Shown here: in pieces, positions 10,834 to 21,535 of the stretch
Layout: the number at the start of each line of letters is the position of its first letter
Position numbering within the stretch: the first letter of the stretch is position 1
DNA from: Gammaproteobacteria bacterium
Lineage (GTDB): Bacteria > Pseudomonadota > Gammaproteobacteria > UBA4575
Direction: 5' to 3'
Assembly: GCA_965222615.1 (NCBI GenBank)
Contig: CBDCUI010000008.1
Coordinates: 256,001 to 320,000 of the forward strand
Length of the DNA stretch: 64,000 nt
The notes under the pieces: model-generated
What the model was told of the DNA's origin: nothing
The model's input: the letters and a program-made list of their open reading frames with translations, nothing else
The model's database searches: none
Translations under genes and position numbers: made by a program

Positions 10834-12054
10834 GTGTCTGGATTGCAAACAGATCAACACGATTTTATAGACGAAATTCGTTATGCCTATGTGAAAAACG
10901 GTGATGTCGTTGCACAGTTTGAAAGAATCTTAGCGGCTGGAGCTAAAAAAATAACTAGTGGGCCAGATGCTTTCATTTACGATTTTTTGCAAGCCGTGCA
11001 GAATAATCCAAAGCTACTTCTATCCAGAAGCACACGTAATGCCTTATTTCAAAAAGATGAAAGTGCAGTAAAGGCTAGAGTGTTTATGGAGCGCGGGCCT
11101 CATTTAGGTAGATTATTGCAAGGACCTGTCTCAACTATTCGGATTTTTTTGCATTTACTCTTATTTAGACCGCAACGAATATTGTGTGGAACCACAGGGG
11201 GCCCGTTGTGGGCTTGTTTTGTTATATCAAAGATTTTTTCTTCTCCATTGGTGCATTCTAGGCATAATCGAGTTTCCAGCAATGCAGAATCTTGGCACCG
11301 AAAGTTGTCGTTATGTATTGATCGTTGGTGCATTTGTCGTCTACAAGCCGTTATTTGCCATGGCCCTTTTCTTAAACAAGAGCTTTTGGATGTAGGTGTA
11401 CCAAAACATCGAATTTTCGAATTCGATGTGAGCTTTGATGATTTGCTCAAATGCAAACAGGAAGACCTGATAGCGTCTTACTACACAGATCTTATAGATT
11501 CTAGATTTATCTTGTACTTTGGTCGTATTGAGACTAATAAGGGGATTTTCGATCTATTAACTGCTTACATAGAAATACTTAAAGAAGATTCAAGTTTACA
11601 GCTAGTTTATGTAGGTACTGGATCGCAAATAGAAACACTTAAAGCCAAGATTGAAAAAGCTGGTTTATCTAAAAAAGTATTATTATTGGGAAAAGTTCCC
11701 CATGATGATCTTGTGCACATTATCAAGCTGAGTATTGCTGTGGTAACGCCTACTCGCTCTGATTTCCCTGAAGGTCGATGTATGGCTGCTATGGAGAGTT
11801 TAGTAATGGGAGTTCCTGTTATCGCACCAAATTTTGGTCCATTTCCATACTTGATTAACCATGGTTTGAATGGCTTACTGTATATCCCAGATTCAGTTCA
11901 AGATCTGAAATTAAAAATTTCAAATTTGTTGAGTGATAATGATCTATATATGAACTTGTCTGAAGGAGCGTGTAAAAGTGGGAAGCAACTAATGAATTCA
12001 GTTTCATTTAGTCAAGCAGTTAAAAATGCTTTTTCATTAAAAGATGTAAATTAA
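10834..12054 (+). CDS. Glycosyltransferase family 4
   Basis: YFGRIETNKG; EGRCMAAMESLVMGVPVI. Confidence 0.88.
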   Translation: MSGLQTDQHDFIDEIRYAYVKNGDVVAQFERILAAGAKKITSGPDAFIYDFLQAVQNNPKLLLSRSTRNALFQKDESAVKARVFMERGPHLGRLLQGPVSTIRIFLHLLLFRPQRILCGTTGGPLWACFVISKIFSSPLVHSRHNRVSSNAESWHRKLSLCIDRWCICRLQAVICHGPFLKQELLDVGVPKHRIFEFDVSFDDLLKCKQEDLIASYYTDLIDSRFILYFGRIETNKGIFDLLTAYIEILKEDSSLQLVYVGTGSQIETLKAKIEKAGLSKKVLLLGKVPHDDLVHIIKLSIAVVTPTRSDFPEGRCMAAMESLVMGVPVIAPNFGPFPYLINHGLNGLLYIPDSVQDLKLKISNLLSDNDLYMNLSEGACKSGKQLMNSVSFSQAVKNAFSLKDVN

Positions 12055-12070
12055 TTCAAAGGAATGGAAA

Positions 12071-12940
12071 TTGACGAGCCAGTTTCAATTGTGGAAGGAT
12101 AGAGCGCAGCGAGTACATGCAAGATCGTTACTTGCAGCTAATGATATAAGACGTGCATTTAATTGGTATGTTATGAATGACCGCGTTCATTACAAACAAC
12201 ATAGTCAAAATATTATAAATGATCATAAATGGTGTTTTATTGTTGGTTGCAATAATTCGGGTACCAGCCTAGTGCAAAGAATTCTGGAGCAATCCGGCCA
12301 GATAAGCACATTCCCTTTTGAGGGGCAACGTTACACTAGAACCTTAACACGTGCTTACAAACGTGGATATGAGCGTGTATGGAGTGAATATTTAAAGGAT
12401 CTTCGACTTACACAAGAAGATTCAAAAGCATGTGTGCCACGACTGGTTCACGATTGGGTAGAGTCAATGAAATCTCCACTTAGGGGAATAATTGTAGAAA
12501 AAACCACGGCGAATGCTGTACGAATGACTTGGTTACAAGAAGTATTTCCAAATAGTTATTTTATTGGAATTGTACGTAACGGTTATGCAGTAACAGAGGG
12601 TATTCGAAGAAAAGGAGGTAAGTCAGTCGAGCGTGGGGCTCGGCATTGGGATCTTGTAAATAAGATAATGATCAACGATGCGAAATCCGTAGCTAATTAT
12701 TTGGAAGTTCATTATGAAGATATAGCTGAAAGAAAACCAGACAGTATTCAAAAGTTAGCAAAATTTATTGATCTTGATAGTAAGCACTTTAATTTAGAAA
12801 CTTCCCGTGGACAAACTATTCGCAACTTTAATCATGAAAGCATTCAAAGGCTCTCTCGTGATGATATCGAAACCATACGATCTATTGCTGGAGAAATGCT
12901 TGAATATCACGGTTATTCGGCCTTAGTGGAAGGCGTATAA
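12071..12940 (+). CDS. Sulfotransferase family protein
   Basis: VGCNNSGTS, VEKT, RNGYAV, YED. Confidence 0.85.
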   Translation: MTSQFQLWKDRAQRVHARSLLAANDIRRAFNWYVMNDRVHYKQHSQNIINDHKWCFIVGCNNSGTSLVQRILEQSGQISTFPFEGQRYTRTLTRAYKRGYERVWSEYLKDLRLTQEDSKACVPRLVHDWVESMKSPLRGIIVEKTTANAVRMTWLQEVFPNSYFIGIVRNGYAVTEGIRRKGGKSVERGARHWDLVNKIMINDAKSVANYLEVHYEDIAERKPDSIQKLAKFIDLDSKHFNLETSRGQTIRNFNHESIQRLSRDDIETIRSIAGEMLEYHGYSALVEGV

Positions 12941-12971
12941 AGAATATTTTGAATGAGAACTAATTCAGGGA

Positions 12972-13784
12972 GTGTTTATGAAAACTTCGTTTATATATAT
13001 AGCATCCCTAAGGCGTACTGGCTCTACAGTGCTTAGCGAAGCGTTGACATCTCTCCCAGAGCGTTTCATCTTTAGGGAACCAAAGCTCGCAAAAAATAGA
13101 TTTACTGCAAAAAAGAGCGATATTGAACTATTGCGAAAATATGGAATCGACCTGCAGCCATTTGTAGATCGCTGGTCAAAAAAATCACCCATTCAACGAT
13201 GGGTAAAACATGGAAAGCTTATTTCAAAATTCAAATCAGAAATAATGCCACAGTTGCTTGCAGTTATTTCCCAAATTGGCGTAAAGGAAATCCATCATAG
13301 TAACTGGAAAGCATATTATTCCCACTTCCCTGATATGAAAATCATATTAACTGCACGAGATCCTAGGGATATATATATCTCCGTATACAATCGAGCAATT
13401 AAAGGCATAGGCACCTTTAAGTCGGGGTTATCTGCTAAGCAACTTGCGCGTGATTTAAATCGGGAATTTAAATGTCAGTTACAGATGTTCGATACAGGCT
13501 CAAGTATGAAAGTACGCTACGAGGATTTTTGTTTAGATAAAACAATCTTAAGCAATATATTGTCGTTTGTCGGAGATCAGTCGAATGCCATAGGTGATAT
13601 AGGTGCATTTAATGCTTTAAATCCTATTCGTCAAGAGGAATATAAGCTGCATGGAAATAAAATTTCAGATATTCGAGTTAACAGGTGGCAGCACGAGTCT
13701 GATTTAGAGGTTGTTGCTAATGCTCAGAAAGTATTCACATTAATGCCGGAATACACAGAGTTTTGGGGGTATAGGAGAGATTAA
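12972..13784 (+). CDS. Sulfotransferase family protein
   Basis: SLRRTGST, EP, RDPRDIYIS, RYEDF. Confidence 0.85.
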   Translation: MFMKTSFIYIASLRRTGSTVLSEALTSLPERFIFREPKLAKNRFTAKKSDIELLRKYGIDLQPFVDRWSKKSPIQRWVKHGKLISKFKSEIMPQLLAVISQIGVKEIHHSNWKAYYSHFPDMKIILTARDPRDIYISVYNRAIKGIGTFKSGLSAKQLARDLNREFKCQLQMFDTGSSMKVRYEDFCLDKTILSNILSFVGDQSNAIGDIGAFNALNPIRQEEYKLHGNKISDIRVNRWQHESDLEVVANAQKVFTLMPEYTEFWGYRRD

Positions 13785-13786
13785 TC

Positions 13787-14905
13787 TTGTGTTCCAAAAC
13801 AGCTAAAGAAAAAAAAGTTATCTGCATTATCATGGGAGGGCATTTTTCCGTCACGATTGGGGGAGCGCAATATCAAGCCAAATGCATTGTAGATGAGCTT
13901 AAGAAAGTCGAGAATTATGAAATTTACTATCTCGCGCGTGCTGTAGATTCCCAGTTTTATCCGCAAGGTTACCAAATTGTTAAAATTGCTGAACATAAAG
14001 GCTTAAGAAGGTATGCATTTTTTTTTGATGCTAGACGGTTACTTCGCCTTTTGAAAGATATTCGGCCAGATGTGATTTATCAGCGAGGATTAAAGTCTTA
14101 CACTGGGATTGCAGCTTATTATGCAAACAGACATTCTTGCAAAATGATTTTTCATACTGCCCATGATCGCAATGTGCAACCTAAAGTAACGAACTGGCTT
14201 ACACTACAGCTCCCTTTTCAAATCATTGAGAATTCAATTGCAGAATATGGTCTGAAAATGGTGGAGCATATTGTGGTTCAGACAAAACAACAGGCTGATA
14301 TGTTGCATAGTAATTATCAACGTGAGGTATCTGCCATTATTCCTAATTTTCATCCTTTACCTCACGAGACGATTGATAAGTCTGGGCCGATAAAAGTAGT
14401 GTGGGTTGCAAATTTTAAACCGATGAAACGTCCTGAGATTTTTGTGAAGTTAGCAAAAGATCTCCAGTATATTGATAAAGTAGAATTTATTATGGTGGGG
14501 AGGACAGGAGAGTCCAAATTATATGAAAATTTGCATAAAGAGATTTTACAACTGAAAAATCTAAATTATCTTGGTGAGATTCCGATTGAAGATGTGAACG
14601 AGTTACTAGCGTTGGCTCATATTTTTGTTAATACGAGTGTAGCAGAAGGGTTCCCTAATACCTTTATACAAGCCTGGATGCGCAAAGTACCCGTCGTTAG
14701 TATGACATTTAATGCTGATAATGTTCTGGATAAAAATGATATTGGATTTTTCGGAGGAACATATGAAGGTTTAAAGGCTGCTGTAAAAAAGTTGATAGAA
14801 GATAAAAAATTACAGTGCGAGATGGGGGAGCGGGCTCAGTCCTATGCCTTTGAGCATTATTCACCTAGAAATGTAAAAAAATTGATTTCTCTAATAGAGA
14901 GCTAA
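13787..14905 (+). CDS. Glycosyltransferase family 4
   Basis: WVANFKPMKRPE; EGFPNTFIQAW..VPVVS; start codon uncertain. Confidence 0.88.
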   Translation: MCSKTAKEKKVICIIMGGHFSVTIGGAQYQAKCIVDELKKVENYEIYYLARAVDSQFYPQGYQIVKIAEHKGLRRYAFFFDARRLLRLLKDIRPDVIYQRGLKSYTGIAAYYANRHSCKMIFHTAHDRNVQPKVTNWLTLQLPFQIIENSIAEYGLKMVEHIVVQTKQQADMLHSNYQREVSAIIPNFHPLPHETIDKSGPIKVVWVANFKPMKRPEIFVKLAKDLQYIDKVEFIMVGRTGESKLYENLHKEILQLKNLNYLGEIPIEDVNELLALAHIFVNTSVAEGFPNTFIQAWMRKVPVVSMTFNADNVLDKNDIGFFGGTYEGLKAAVKKLIEDKKLQCEMGERAQSYAFEHYSPRNVKKLISLIES

Positions 14906-14917
14906 TGAAGGATTAAA

Positions 14918-15844
14918 GTGTCTAAGATCATTATACATTTAGGGTTACACAAAACGGCAACTGGAACGCTACAACGGCAGTTTTTCCCTGCGTGTGAAGG
15001 ATTAAATCTTCTCACTACTAGAAAACCAATGATAAAGGCATTTGTAGAAGAGGTCACGAGGCGTGATCCACTTTTTTTTGATATAGAAAAAGCTAAAGAG
15101 CTTTTTTTTTCTGAAGTTAATACACAAAAAATAAACCTGTTATCGAATGAATCTTTATCGGGGCCGCCATATGCAGGTGTTATTGAAGCGGGCCTGGATC
15201 ACCGTTCACCAGTGCTACGTAATTTAGCTAGTGTATTACCAGATTCCAAAGTGATATTAGTGTTGCGAAAGCAAGATGCACTTGCAAAATCGTTTTATCG
15301 ACAATACCTCAAATCTGGTGGTACTCGAGGAGTGCGGAGATTTTATGGTTTCGAAACAGATAAGGGTCCAGCGTTGATGTCCTTAGATCGCTTTATTTAT
15401 TCTAAATATGTCGATGCAATCGTTACTTTTTTTCGGGCGGAGGTTTTAATATTACCGTTTGAAGAATTCATTCGAAATCAGCCCTTATTCCTGAAAAAAA
15501 TTACCAATTTTATAGGCGTACCCATGCCTAATATTGAGCTTAAGCAGGAGAACGCTACACGTCTTGGTCCGCTAGGCATGGAAGTCAGTCGTATGTTGAA
15601 TCATTTGTTCCGTAGTTTGCTTAATCCTGGTGGAATATTGCCAGGAATTGACCCGGCACGAGAAGGAGCTAATTATCGAATAAGCCCAGTTCAATTATTG
15701 CATGACAAATGGCCTAAAGCTGGCAAAATCAAAGAAGGTGAGGTTTTTCAAGTTGCATCTCAAATATTTAAGATGGTGCAAGAAGATAATGAAGTGCTGG
15801 ATAATAAATTTAATCTGAATCTTAAAAGCTATAACTATTATTAG
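14918..15844 (+). CDS. Sulfotransferase-like protein (paralogue 1)
   Basis: HLGLHKTATGTLQ, SNESLS, LRKQD...SFYRQ. Confidence 0.78.
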   Translation: MSKIIIHLGLHKTATGTLQRQFFPACEGLNLLTTRKPMIKAFVEEVTRRDPLFFDIEKAKELFFSEVNTQKINLLSNESLSGPPYAGVIEAGLDHRSPVLRNLASVLPDSKVILVLRKQDALAKSFYRQYLKSGGTRGVRRFYGFETDKGPALMSLDRFIYSKYVDAIVTFFRAEVLILPFEEFIRNQPLFLKKITNFIGVPMPNIELKQENATRLGPLGMEVSRMLNHLFRSLLNPGGILPGIDPAREGANYRISPVQLLHDKWPKAGKIKEGEVFQVASQIFKMVQEDNEVLDNKFNLNLKSYNYY

Positions 15845-15929
15845 TGTTAAATAATAGTAAATGTTTAATCTATATATAACTTGCCAAATTTTATCTATTT
15901 TAATGATCTAGTGTGATCTTGTAGTAAAA

Positions 15930-16853
15930 GTGACAAATATATTTCTGCATATTGGCTTGCATAAAACTGCAACAACCACCTTACAGCAGCAGTTTTTCCC
16001 AGTTTGCAAAGAGTTGAATTATATTTCTAGAGTGCCTGTTATCAGTGAATTCAAGCGTGCAGTAGTAACCAGTGACCCGATATTTTATGATGCTGAAAAT
16101 CAACGCAAACTGTTATCTCCATATTTGCATCATGATCTTCCAAATCTGTTATCTGCTGAATCTTTTTCTGGTGCTTTATACGCTGGATTAATAAAGCATG
16201 GCTTAGACCATCGTTCTTCAATATTAGAAAATTTAAAGGCATCGCTACCGGAGGCTAGAATCATTATTGTTTTGAGAAGACAAGATAGGCTCGCAAGATC
16301 TTTATATCGACAATATCTTAAGCGAGGTGGGACGGCAAGCGTAGATAAATTTTATGGACTTGATACCAAAACAACAGCTATGTTTCCCTTGAATCGTTTT
16401 CGATTTAGCCCGTATGTTGACAAGCTTGCGAGTTGTTTTCCGGCTGGCGTTCTAGTACTTGTTTTTGAAGAATTTTTAGAACAACAATCTGTATTTCTAA
16501 AAAAATTATGTGATTTTATAGATATACCAGTACCAAATATCGTGCTTACAAAGAGCAACCAGACTAGTTTGGGGCCTGCTGGTATGGAACTTAGCCGTAT
16601 CTTAAACAAGTTTTTTAAGAGTCACTTAAATCCAGATGCATTAATACCCAAGATCCCGAAGATAAGAAACCGTTACATTGAATGGACTTGGCCTTCATTT
16701 ATACTGCATGAACATTGGCCTTTTCGAGGCACTCACAATATAGAAAGTCAGCTTTATAAAATAAGTGATGTGATTTTAGATAGAGTTCGTGACGACAACC
16801 GCATTCTTGATAATCGCTATAATCTTGATCTTAGCAGGTATAATTATTATTGA
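15930..16853 (+). CDS. Sulfotransferase-like protein (paralogue 2)
   Basis: HIGLHKTATTTLQ, SAESFS, LRRQD...SLYRQ; collinear with the upstream gene. Confidence 0.78.
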   Translation: MTNIFLHIGLHKTATTTLQQQFFPVCKELNYISRVPVISEFKRAVVTSDPIFYDAENQRKLLSPYLHHDLPNLLSAESFSGALYAGLIKHGLDHRSSILENLKASLPEARIIIVLRRQDRLARSLYRQYLKRGGTASVDKFYGLDTKTTAMFPLNRFRFSPYVDKLASCFPAGVLVLVFEEFLEQQSVFLKKLCDFIDIPVPNIVLTKSNQTSLGPAGMELSRILNKFFKSHLNPDALIPKIPKIRNRYIEWTWPSFILHEHWPFRGTHNIESQLYKISDVILDRVRDDNRILDNRYNLDLSRYNYY

Positions 16854-16998
16854 ACCTGACCCATATAAAATAGGTAATATTTATTTTATCAAATAGCGAA
16901 AAATCAATAATCAGATTATTGAGCCTCTATCTAATTTTCTTAGCTTCATATTCTGTTTTTTTATTGACCATGAGGTCTAGGTATAGAGTGCAAGGCCC

Positions 16999-17940
16999 TT
17001 AATTATTGGTTATACGGATATTTGTTGGCGGTTTAAGTGTGTCATTAGCAGATGTTGACACTGATGCATTGCCACTAGGTGCGACATCGTTATACTTTGC
17101 ATTTGATCCTTTAGCAATGCGTAGTTCATCATGGTAGAAAGTTCGGCTTACGATGTCGGCATCGTAACTTATACCTGCAGCATTCTTTTTTCGCCAATCC
17201 GTTTTATATAATCCAATTTTCATATAAGGTGCTTTTTGGTCATTATAATTGTTAGGCCCAGCCTTGCTGATTACTTTTTTACCGTCTTTCCAAACTTCTA
17301 GAATGCCATCACCTTTATAAGACCACTTTATATGAAATACCCAATCTATCCATTTACCACGTTGATAGCTTCCCAAATCCCAGTGTTTGGTGCCTAATTC
17401 CGGATCATGTTTTGAGCCAATAGCATTAGGGTTCCAGCGATTTACTACTACAAGTTTTGTGTTATGAATCTGTAACGATAAGGGAGGTCCACCAATACCA
17501 CCATTCGTTTCTCCCAGATGTTGGTCAGGGGAATGGTGCCACTGTAATATAGTATCTCCTGCGCGCGAGTCGGGGGAATGATTATTAGGAATTAATACAC
17601 TAATGCCGTACCAGTAATGTTGACCCTGTTGAGTATTTTCTCTAACTTCACCTCGGGGAACTGCTTCAGTTCGATATGAAACATCACTTGTCTTGCGATT
17701 TAAATAGGTTTTGAGCGCTTTTTTACCTGATCGGGTATATTCAGTAGTAATAACTGTACAGTTTCCTGAGCAACGTCCCCACTTATTAGAATTTGGAGGA
17801 TTATTTACTGAACCACTTTCGAAATCTTCATTAAATATCATTGTGGCAAACACTGACTGCATACATGCAATCGTTACTAATAAGCCTAATAAAAGTATTA
17901 CATTTAAAACGGATAACGATTTGAGCTTAGTTATAAACAC
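16999..17940 (-). CDS. Exported polysaccharide lyase family protein (heparin lyase I-like jelly roll)
   Basis: Signal peptide; EDFESG, RTE, WYGIS, QWH, GKWIDWVFHIKWS..G.LEVWKDG, PYMKIGLY, DE.RI. Confidence 0.8.
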   Translation of the reverse strand: MFITKLKSLSVLNVILLLGLLVTIACMQSVFATMIFNEDFESGSVNNPPNSNKWGRCSGNCTVITTEYTRSGKKALKTYLNRKTSDVSYRTEAVPRGEVRENTQQGQHYWYGISVLIPNNHSPDSRAGDTILQWHHSPDQHLGETNGGIGGPPLSLQIHNTKLVVVNRWNPNAIGSKHDPELGTKHWDLGSYQRGKWIDWVFHIKWSYKGDGILEVWKDGKKVISKAGPNNYNDQKAPYMKIGLYKTDWRKKNAAGISYDADIVSRTFYHDELRIAKGSNAKYNDVAPSGNASVSTSANDTLKPPTNIRITNN

Positions 17941-18261
17941 AGTGCCTCCACAAAAAGTTGAAGTTTTTTAAATTTAGGTAACAGAAATTAAATGTTATTA
18001 TTACGTTATTATTAAATTCTTAAGGTATAAGATTGTAACTAGAAAAATAGTACTAACTTAGTTTTTAGCTAATCAAGTACTAAATATAGCAAATCAAATA
18101 ACCGCATTCATGTATATATCAATATCTAGGACGAATGGTTACATTTTCTTGATATACGGTTCTGTATAGCTTGCAACAACTATTTATAAATAGTGGGTCT
18201 ATTTCAGATACGAATGTCGGTCATTATCAGCGGTTGTCAATGAGATTTAACACCTAGATTT

Positions 18262-19611
18262 ATGCAGTTTTTAGTCTATTTGCTCTTTGCAAGTATTTTT
18301 CTGCTTGATTTTCTGGAGCGGTACGATTTTATCGTTCGCCAAATGACATGGATACCTGAGTTGTTATCGATGGTTGCCTTACTTATTGTGCTACTCAGAG
18401 CATCAAGACAAAAAGTAGTTTTTATAAGCTTTCCCTACCTCATCCTTTTCTTGATGATTGGCTTACATATACTTTTGGGTGTGATATTAAACAATACACC
18501 TCTATTTGCTTTGTTTAGTGGAATTCGTGCTTATTTTAGGTATCTTCCGTTTTTTCTGCTGCCGGCGGTATTTGCATTTAGTGAGACCGATATGGCAAAA
18601 CAATTAAAGCTGTTACTTATATTTTCTATTTTGCAATTACCTGTTGCTCTCTATCAACGTTTTATAGAGTCAGCAGGTTTATTGACAGGAGATTATGTGG
18701 GTGGGACCTTGCAAAATCCTGCACATTTATCCACTTATTTACTTTGTGCAGTGTCTTTTGTTATAGCTTTTTATCTGAAAAAGAGGTTATCACTTGGTCA
18801 ATTCTGTATATTGCTGGTTATACTGTTTTTACCAACAACACTTAATGAATCAAAAGGCTCATTAATTTTATTACCTTTCGCTTTATTAGCGCCTGTGTTT
18901 TTTTTAGGCCGTGGAAAAAAGAGGTTAAAAAATTTAATGGGTATAGGGTTAATAGGGATAGTTTTTCTGAGTGTATTCATTCCTGTATATGACCATTTTA
19001 TGAAGCCACGATGGGGGTATGGGATAGTAGAGTTTTTTACTACCGAAGGGCGAGTTTTAGGTTATCTAAAAAAGAGTGAGCGTAAAATAGAAGAAGGGAA
19101 AGAAGGGCGTATTGATTCAATCATTTTGTCTTATGAGGCACTCTCGAAAGATCCTGTAAAGCTTGTTTTTGGATTTGGTATCGGTAATGTATCCAAGTCA
19201 TTTCTAGGGGATAAATTTGCAGGAGAATACAATGAGACGTATGGGGAATTGAAGGGTCCAACTCTACCTCATCTACTTTGGGAAATTGGGTACTTGGGAG
19301 CCGCATTCATGATTGTGTTTTGTTTTTTGATTCTACGTGATGCGCTATACCTTAGAAATCAACCCGGGTTAGTGAGCGCTATTGGGCTAGGATGGGCTAG
19401 TGTCATGATAGTATTCATGGTAGCTCTTATGTATAAGAATATGATTTATTCAAATGTTCTAGGGTATCTGTCGTGGTATTTTTCCGGATATGTGATGGCT
19501 ACTGCAGTGCGATTTAGAGCTTTCGCGCATAATCCATTATCGACAATAGAGCAGCAATCTTCGCTGCATGATCAGCAGAGAAAAAGAACAGGTTTAGCTA
19601 ATCTCAGGTGA
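18262..19611 (+). CDS. Multi-pass membrane protein, Wzy/O-antigen ligase-like
   Basis: About 10-12 hydrophobic segments, GTL.N, FGFGIG and L.EIG.LG motifs; locus context. Confidence 0.7.
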   Translation: MQFLVYLLFASIFLLDFLERYDFIVRQMTWIPELLSMVALLIVLLRASRQKVVFISFPYLILFLMIGLHILLGVILNNTPLFALFSGIRAYFRYLPFFLLPAVFAFSETDMAKQLKLLLIFSILQLPVALYQRFIESAGLLTGDYVGGTLQNPAHLSTYLLCAVSFVIAFYLKKRLSLGQFCILLVILFLPTTLNESKGSLILLPFALLAPVFFLGRGKKRLKNLMGIGLIGIVFLSVFIPVYDHFMKPRWGYGIVEFFTTEGRVLGYLKKSERKIEEGKEGRIDSIILSYEALSKDPVKLVFGFGIGNVSKSFLGDKFAGEYNETYGELKGPTLPHLLWEIGYLGAAFMIVFCFLILRDALYLRNQPGLVSAIGLGWASVMIVFMVALMYKNMIYSNVLGYLSWYFSGYVMATAVRFRAFAHNPLSTIEQQSSLHDQQRKRTGLANLR

Positions 19612-19712
19612 TATGGTTGGAAATTTCTAAAACTGCCGAAGCATACTTATAAATTAGAATGTTTACTCATTAGATACTGTCACATACCTAGTACCAATAT
19701 AGATACAAAATC

Positions 19713-20561
19713 ATGCAGTCGGAGAAGAATGGAACGTATTTAAAGAATGAAAGAGAGATTCTGGCGTTTGCACATATAGGCAAAACTGGTGGAACAACCT
19801 TAATACATATTCTTCGGCATAATTATTTTGCTAGATGTATTGATGTTGTACCGTTTTCAAAAGTGGACGATAAAATTTTTCGTGCAGATGATATGAGAAA
19901 AATTTTGCGAATAAATCCGTTTACAGAATGTATAATGGGGCATTCTGTTAAACCACATAGTGATCTAACAGAGACATTCCCCAACGTTAAATATATCACA
20001 TTACTAAGAGACCCTATTCACAGGTGTATATCACAATATCAGCAACGTGTTAGAAAATATGGGTTTGTAAATTTTGAGGAATTTCTCACTCGTGAGTGGT
20101 TACGTAATTTGCAAACTAGATTTATCGCTGGAAGAGAAGATATAACTCAAGCAAAAGCAATATTATCTGAAAGGATTTCTCTTGTAGGGTTATTAGAGAA
20201 CTTTGATGAATTTTTAGTATTACTTTCAAAGAAAGTATTACCGAAAACTTTTAATCCAGCATATAAAATTAAACGTGAATCAAAAAACAAGGATGCTAAG
20301 AATAGACTACTACGCAAACATTTGGAGCAGATTAAAGAATTGCATCAACTTGATTTGGAGCTATATAAATATGCCAAAGAAGAGCTGATTCCTGAATATA
20401 AAAAGTCATATGGTGATAGTTTTGAGCGCGATGTTCAAAATTTTAAGCAAGCAAATCAGGCAATAAATCGCACAAATGGAAAACACTATGCGGATTACTT
20501 GCTTAGAAAACTATATTATGAGCCGGCAAAAGCATTTGTCAGGTTACTTCCAATGGCGTAA
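19713..20561 (+). CDS. Sulfotransferase family 2 protein
   Basis: HIGKTGGTT, GH, LRDPIHRCISQY, NLQTR, LDLELY. Confidence 0.88.
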   Translation: MQSEKNGTYLKNEREILAFAHIGKTGGTTLIHILRHNYFARCIDVVPFSKVDDKIFRADDMRKILRINPFTECIMGHSVKPHSDLTETFPNVKYITLLRDPIHRCISQYQQRVRKYGFVNFEEFLTREWLRNLQTRFIAGREDITQAKAILSERISLVGLLENFDEFLVLLSKKVLPKTFNPAYKIKRESKNKDAKNRLLRKHLEQIKELHQLDLELYKYAKEELIPEYKKSYGDSFERDVQNFKQANQAINRTNGKHYADYLLRKLYYEPAKAFVRLLPMA

Positions 20562-20662
20562 TCTCAAAACGAGTGTGTTTTGACCGTTATACTAAAATTA
20601 ATTTGCTATACAACACATAACGAGACCAAGGTGCGGACTGAGGCAAGGTTTTAGAGAAGCGG

Positions 20663-21535
20663 ATGACACTGCCAAACTTCATTATTATAGGTGCTAAAAA
20701 AGCTGGCACTACCTCATTATATAATTATTGCGATCAGCATCCAGATGTGTATATGAGTCCATTAAAAGAAGCGCGATTTTTTATGTACGATGAGACTAAT
20801 CCAGAACATCGAAGAAAGCCAAATCAAGTATTTCCAATAAGAACCACCGATCAGTATCAAGCGTTATTTGCTGACGCAAGAGGTCAGAAAATACGTGGTG
20901 AAGCATCGCCCGGATATCTGGTTAGTAGAGTGGCTCCAGATAAAATGCATGCTCTAATTCCGAACGTAAAACTAGCAGTGAGCTTACGTAATCCAGCTGA
21001 CCGCGCATACTCGAACTATTTGATGAGAGTACGTTCGGGTCAAGAGATATGGTGTTTAGATAATATTGTTAATGAGCAAGCTCACTGGTTACAAACAAGT
21101 TTCTACTATGAGAATATAAAGAGATATTTTGACCTTTTCTCACATGAACAAATCCACGTTATTCTTTATGACGATCTCAGAAGAGATGGGGTATATGTAG
21201 CAAGAGACTTATACAAATTTTTGGGTGTAGATGAGCAATTTCTTCCAGATGTATCATTCCACTATAATGTTAGTGGTATTCCAAAAACTAAATTATTGCA
21301 CCGAATATATAGTAGACTTTATCAAAATCATCCTAGATTTAAAATTATAGTTAAAAAATTCTTGCCTCAAAAAGTGCGTCGCACGGTTACTAAGATAAGG
21401 CAATCTAATTTAAAGAAACCACCCTCTCTTCCACCTGCTTTACGCAATGAGTTAGTTAGATATTACAAGGAAGATGTGTTGAGGTTGCAGGAGTTGATTC
21501 AACGTGATCTTTCAGGCTGGCTGCAAACTTCGTGA
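20663..21535 (+). CDS. Sulfotransferase family protein
   Basis: PNFIIIGAKKAGTTSL, GEASPGY, LRNPADRAYS. Confidence 0.92.
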   Translation: MTLPNFIIIGAKKAGTTSLYNYCDQHPDVYMSPLKEARFFMYDETNPEHRRKPNQVFPIRTTDQYQALFADARGQKIRGEASPGYLVSRVAPDKMHALIPNVKLAVSLRNPADRAYSNYLMRVRSGQEIWCLDNIVNEQAHWLQTSFYYENIKRYFDLFSHEQIHVILYDDLRRDGVYVARDLYKFLGVDEQFLPDVSFHYNVSGIPKTKLLHRIYSRLYQNHPRFKIIVKKFLPQKVRRTVTKIRQSNLKKPPSLPPALRNELVRYYKEDVLRLQELIQRDLSGWLQTS

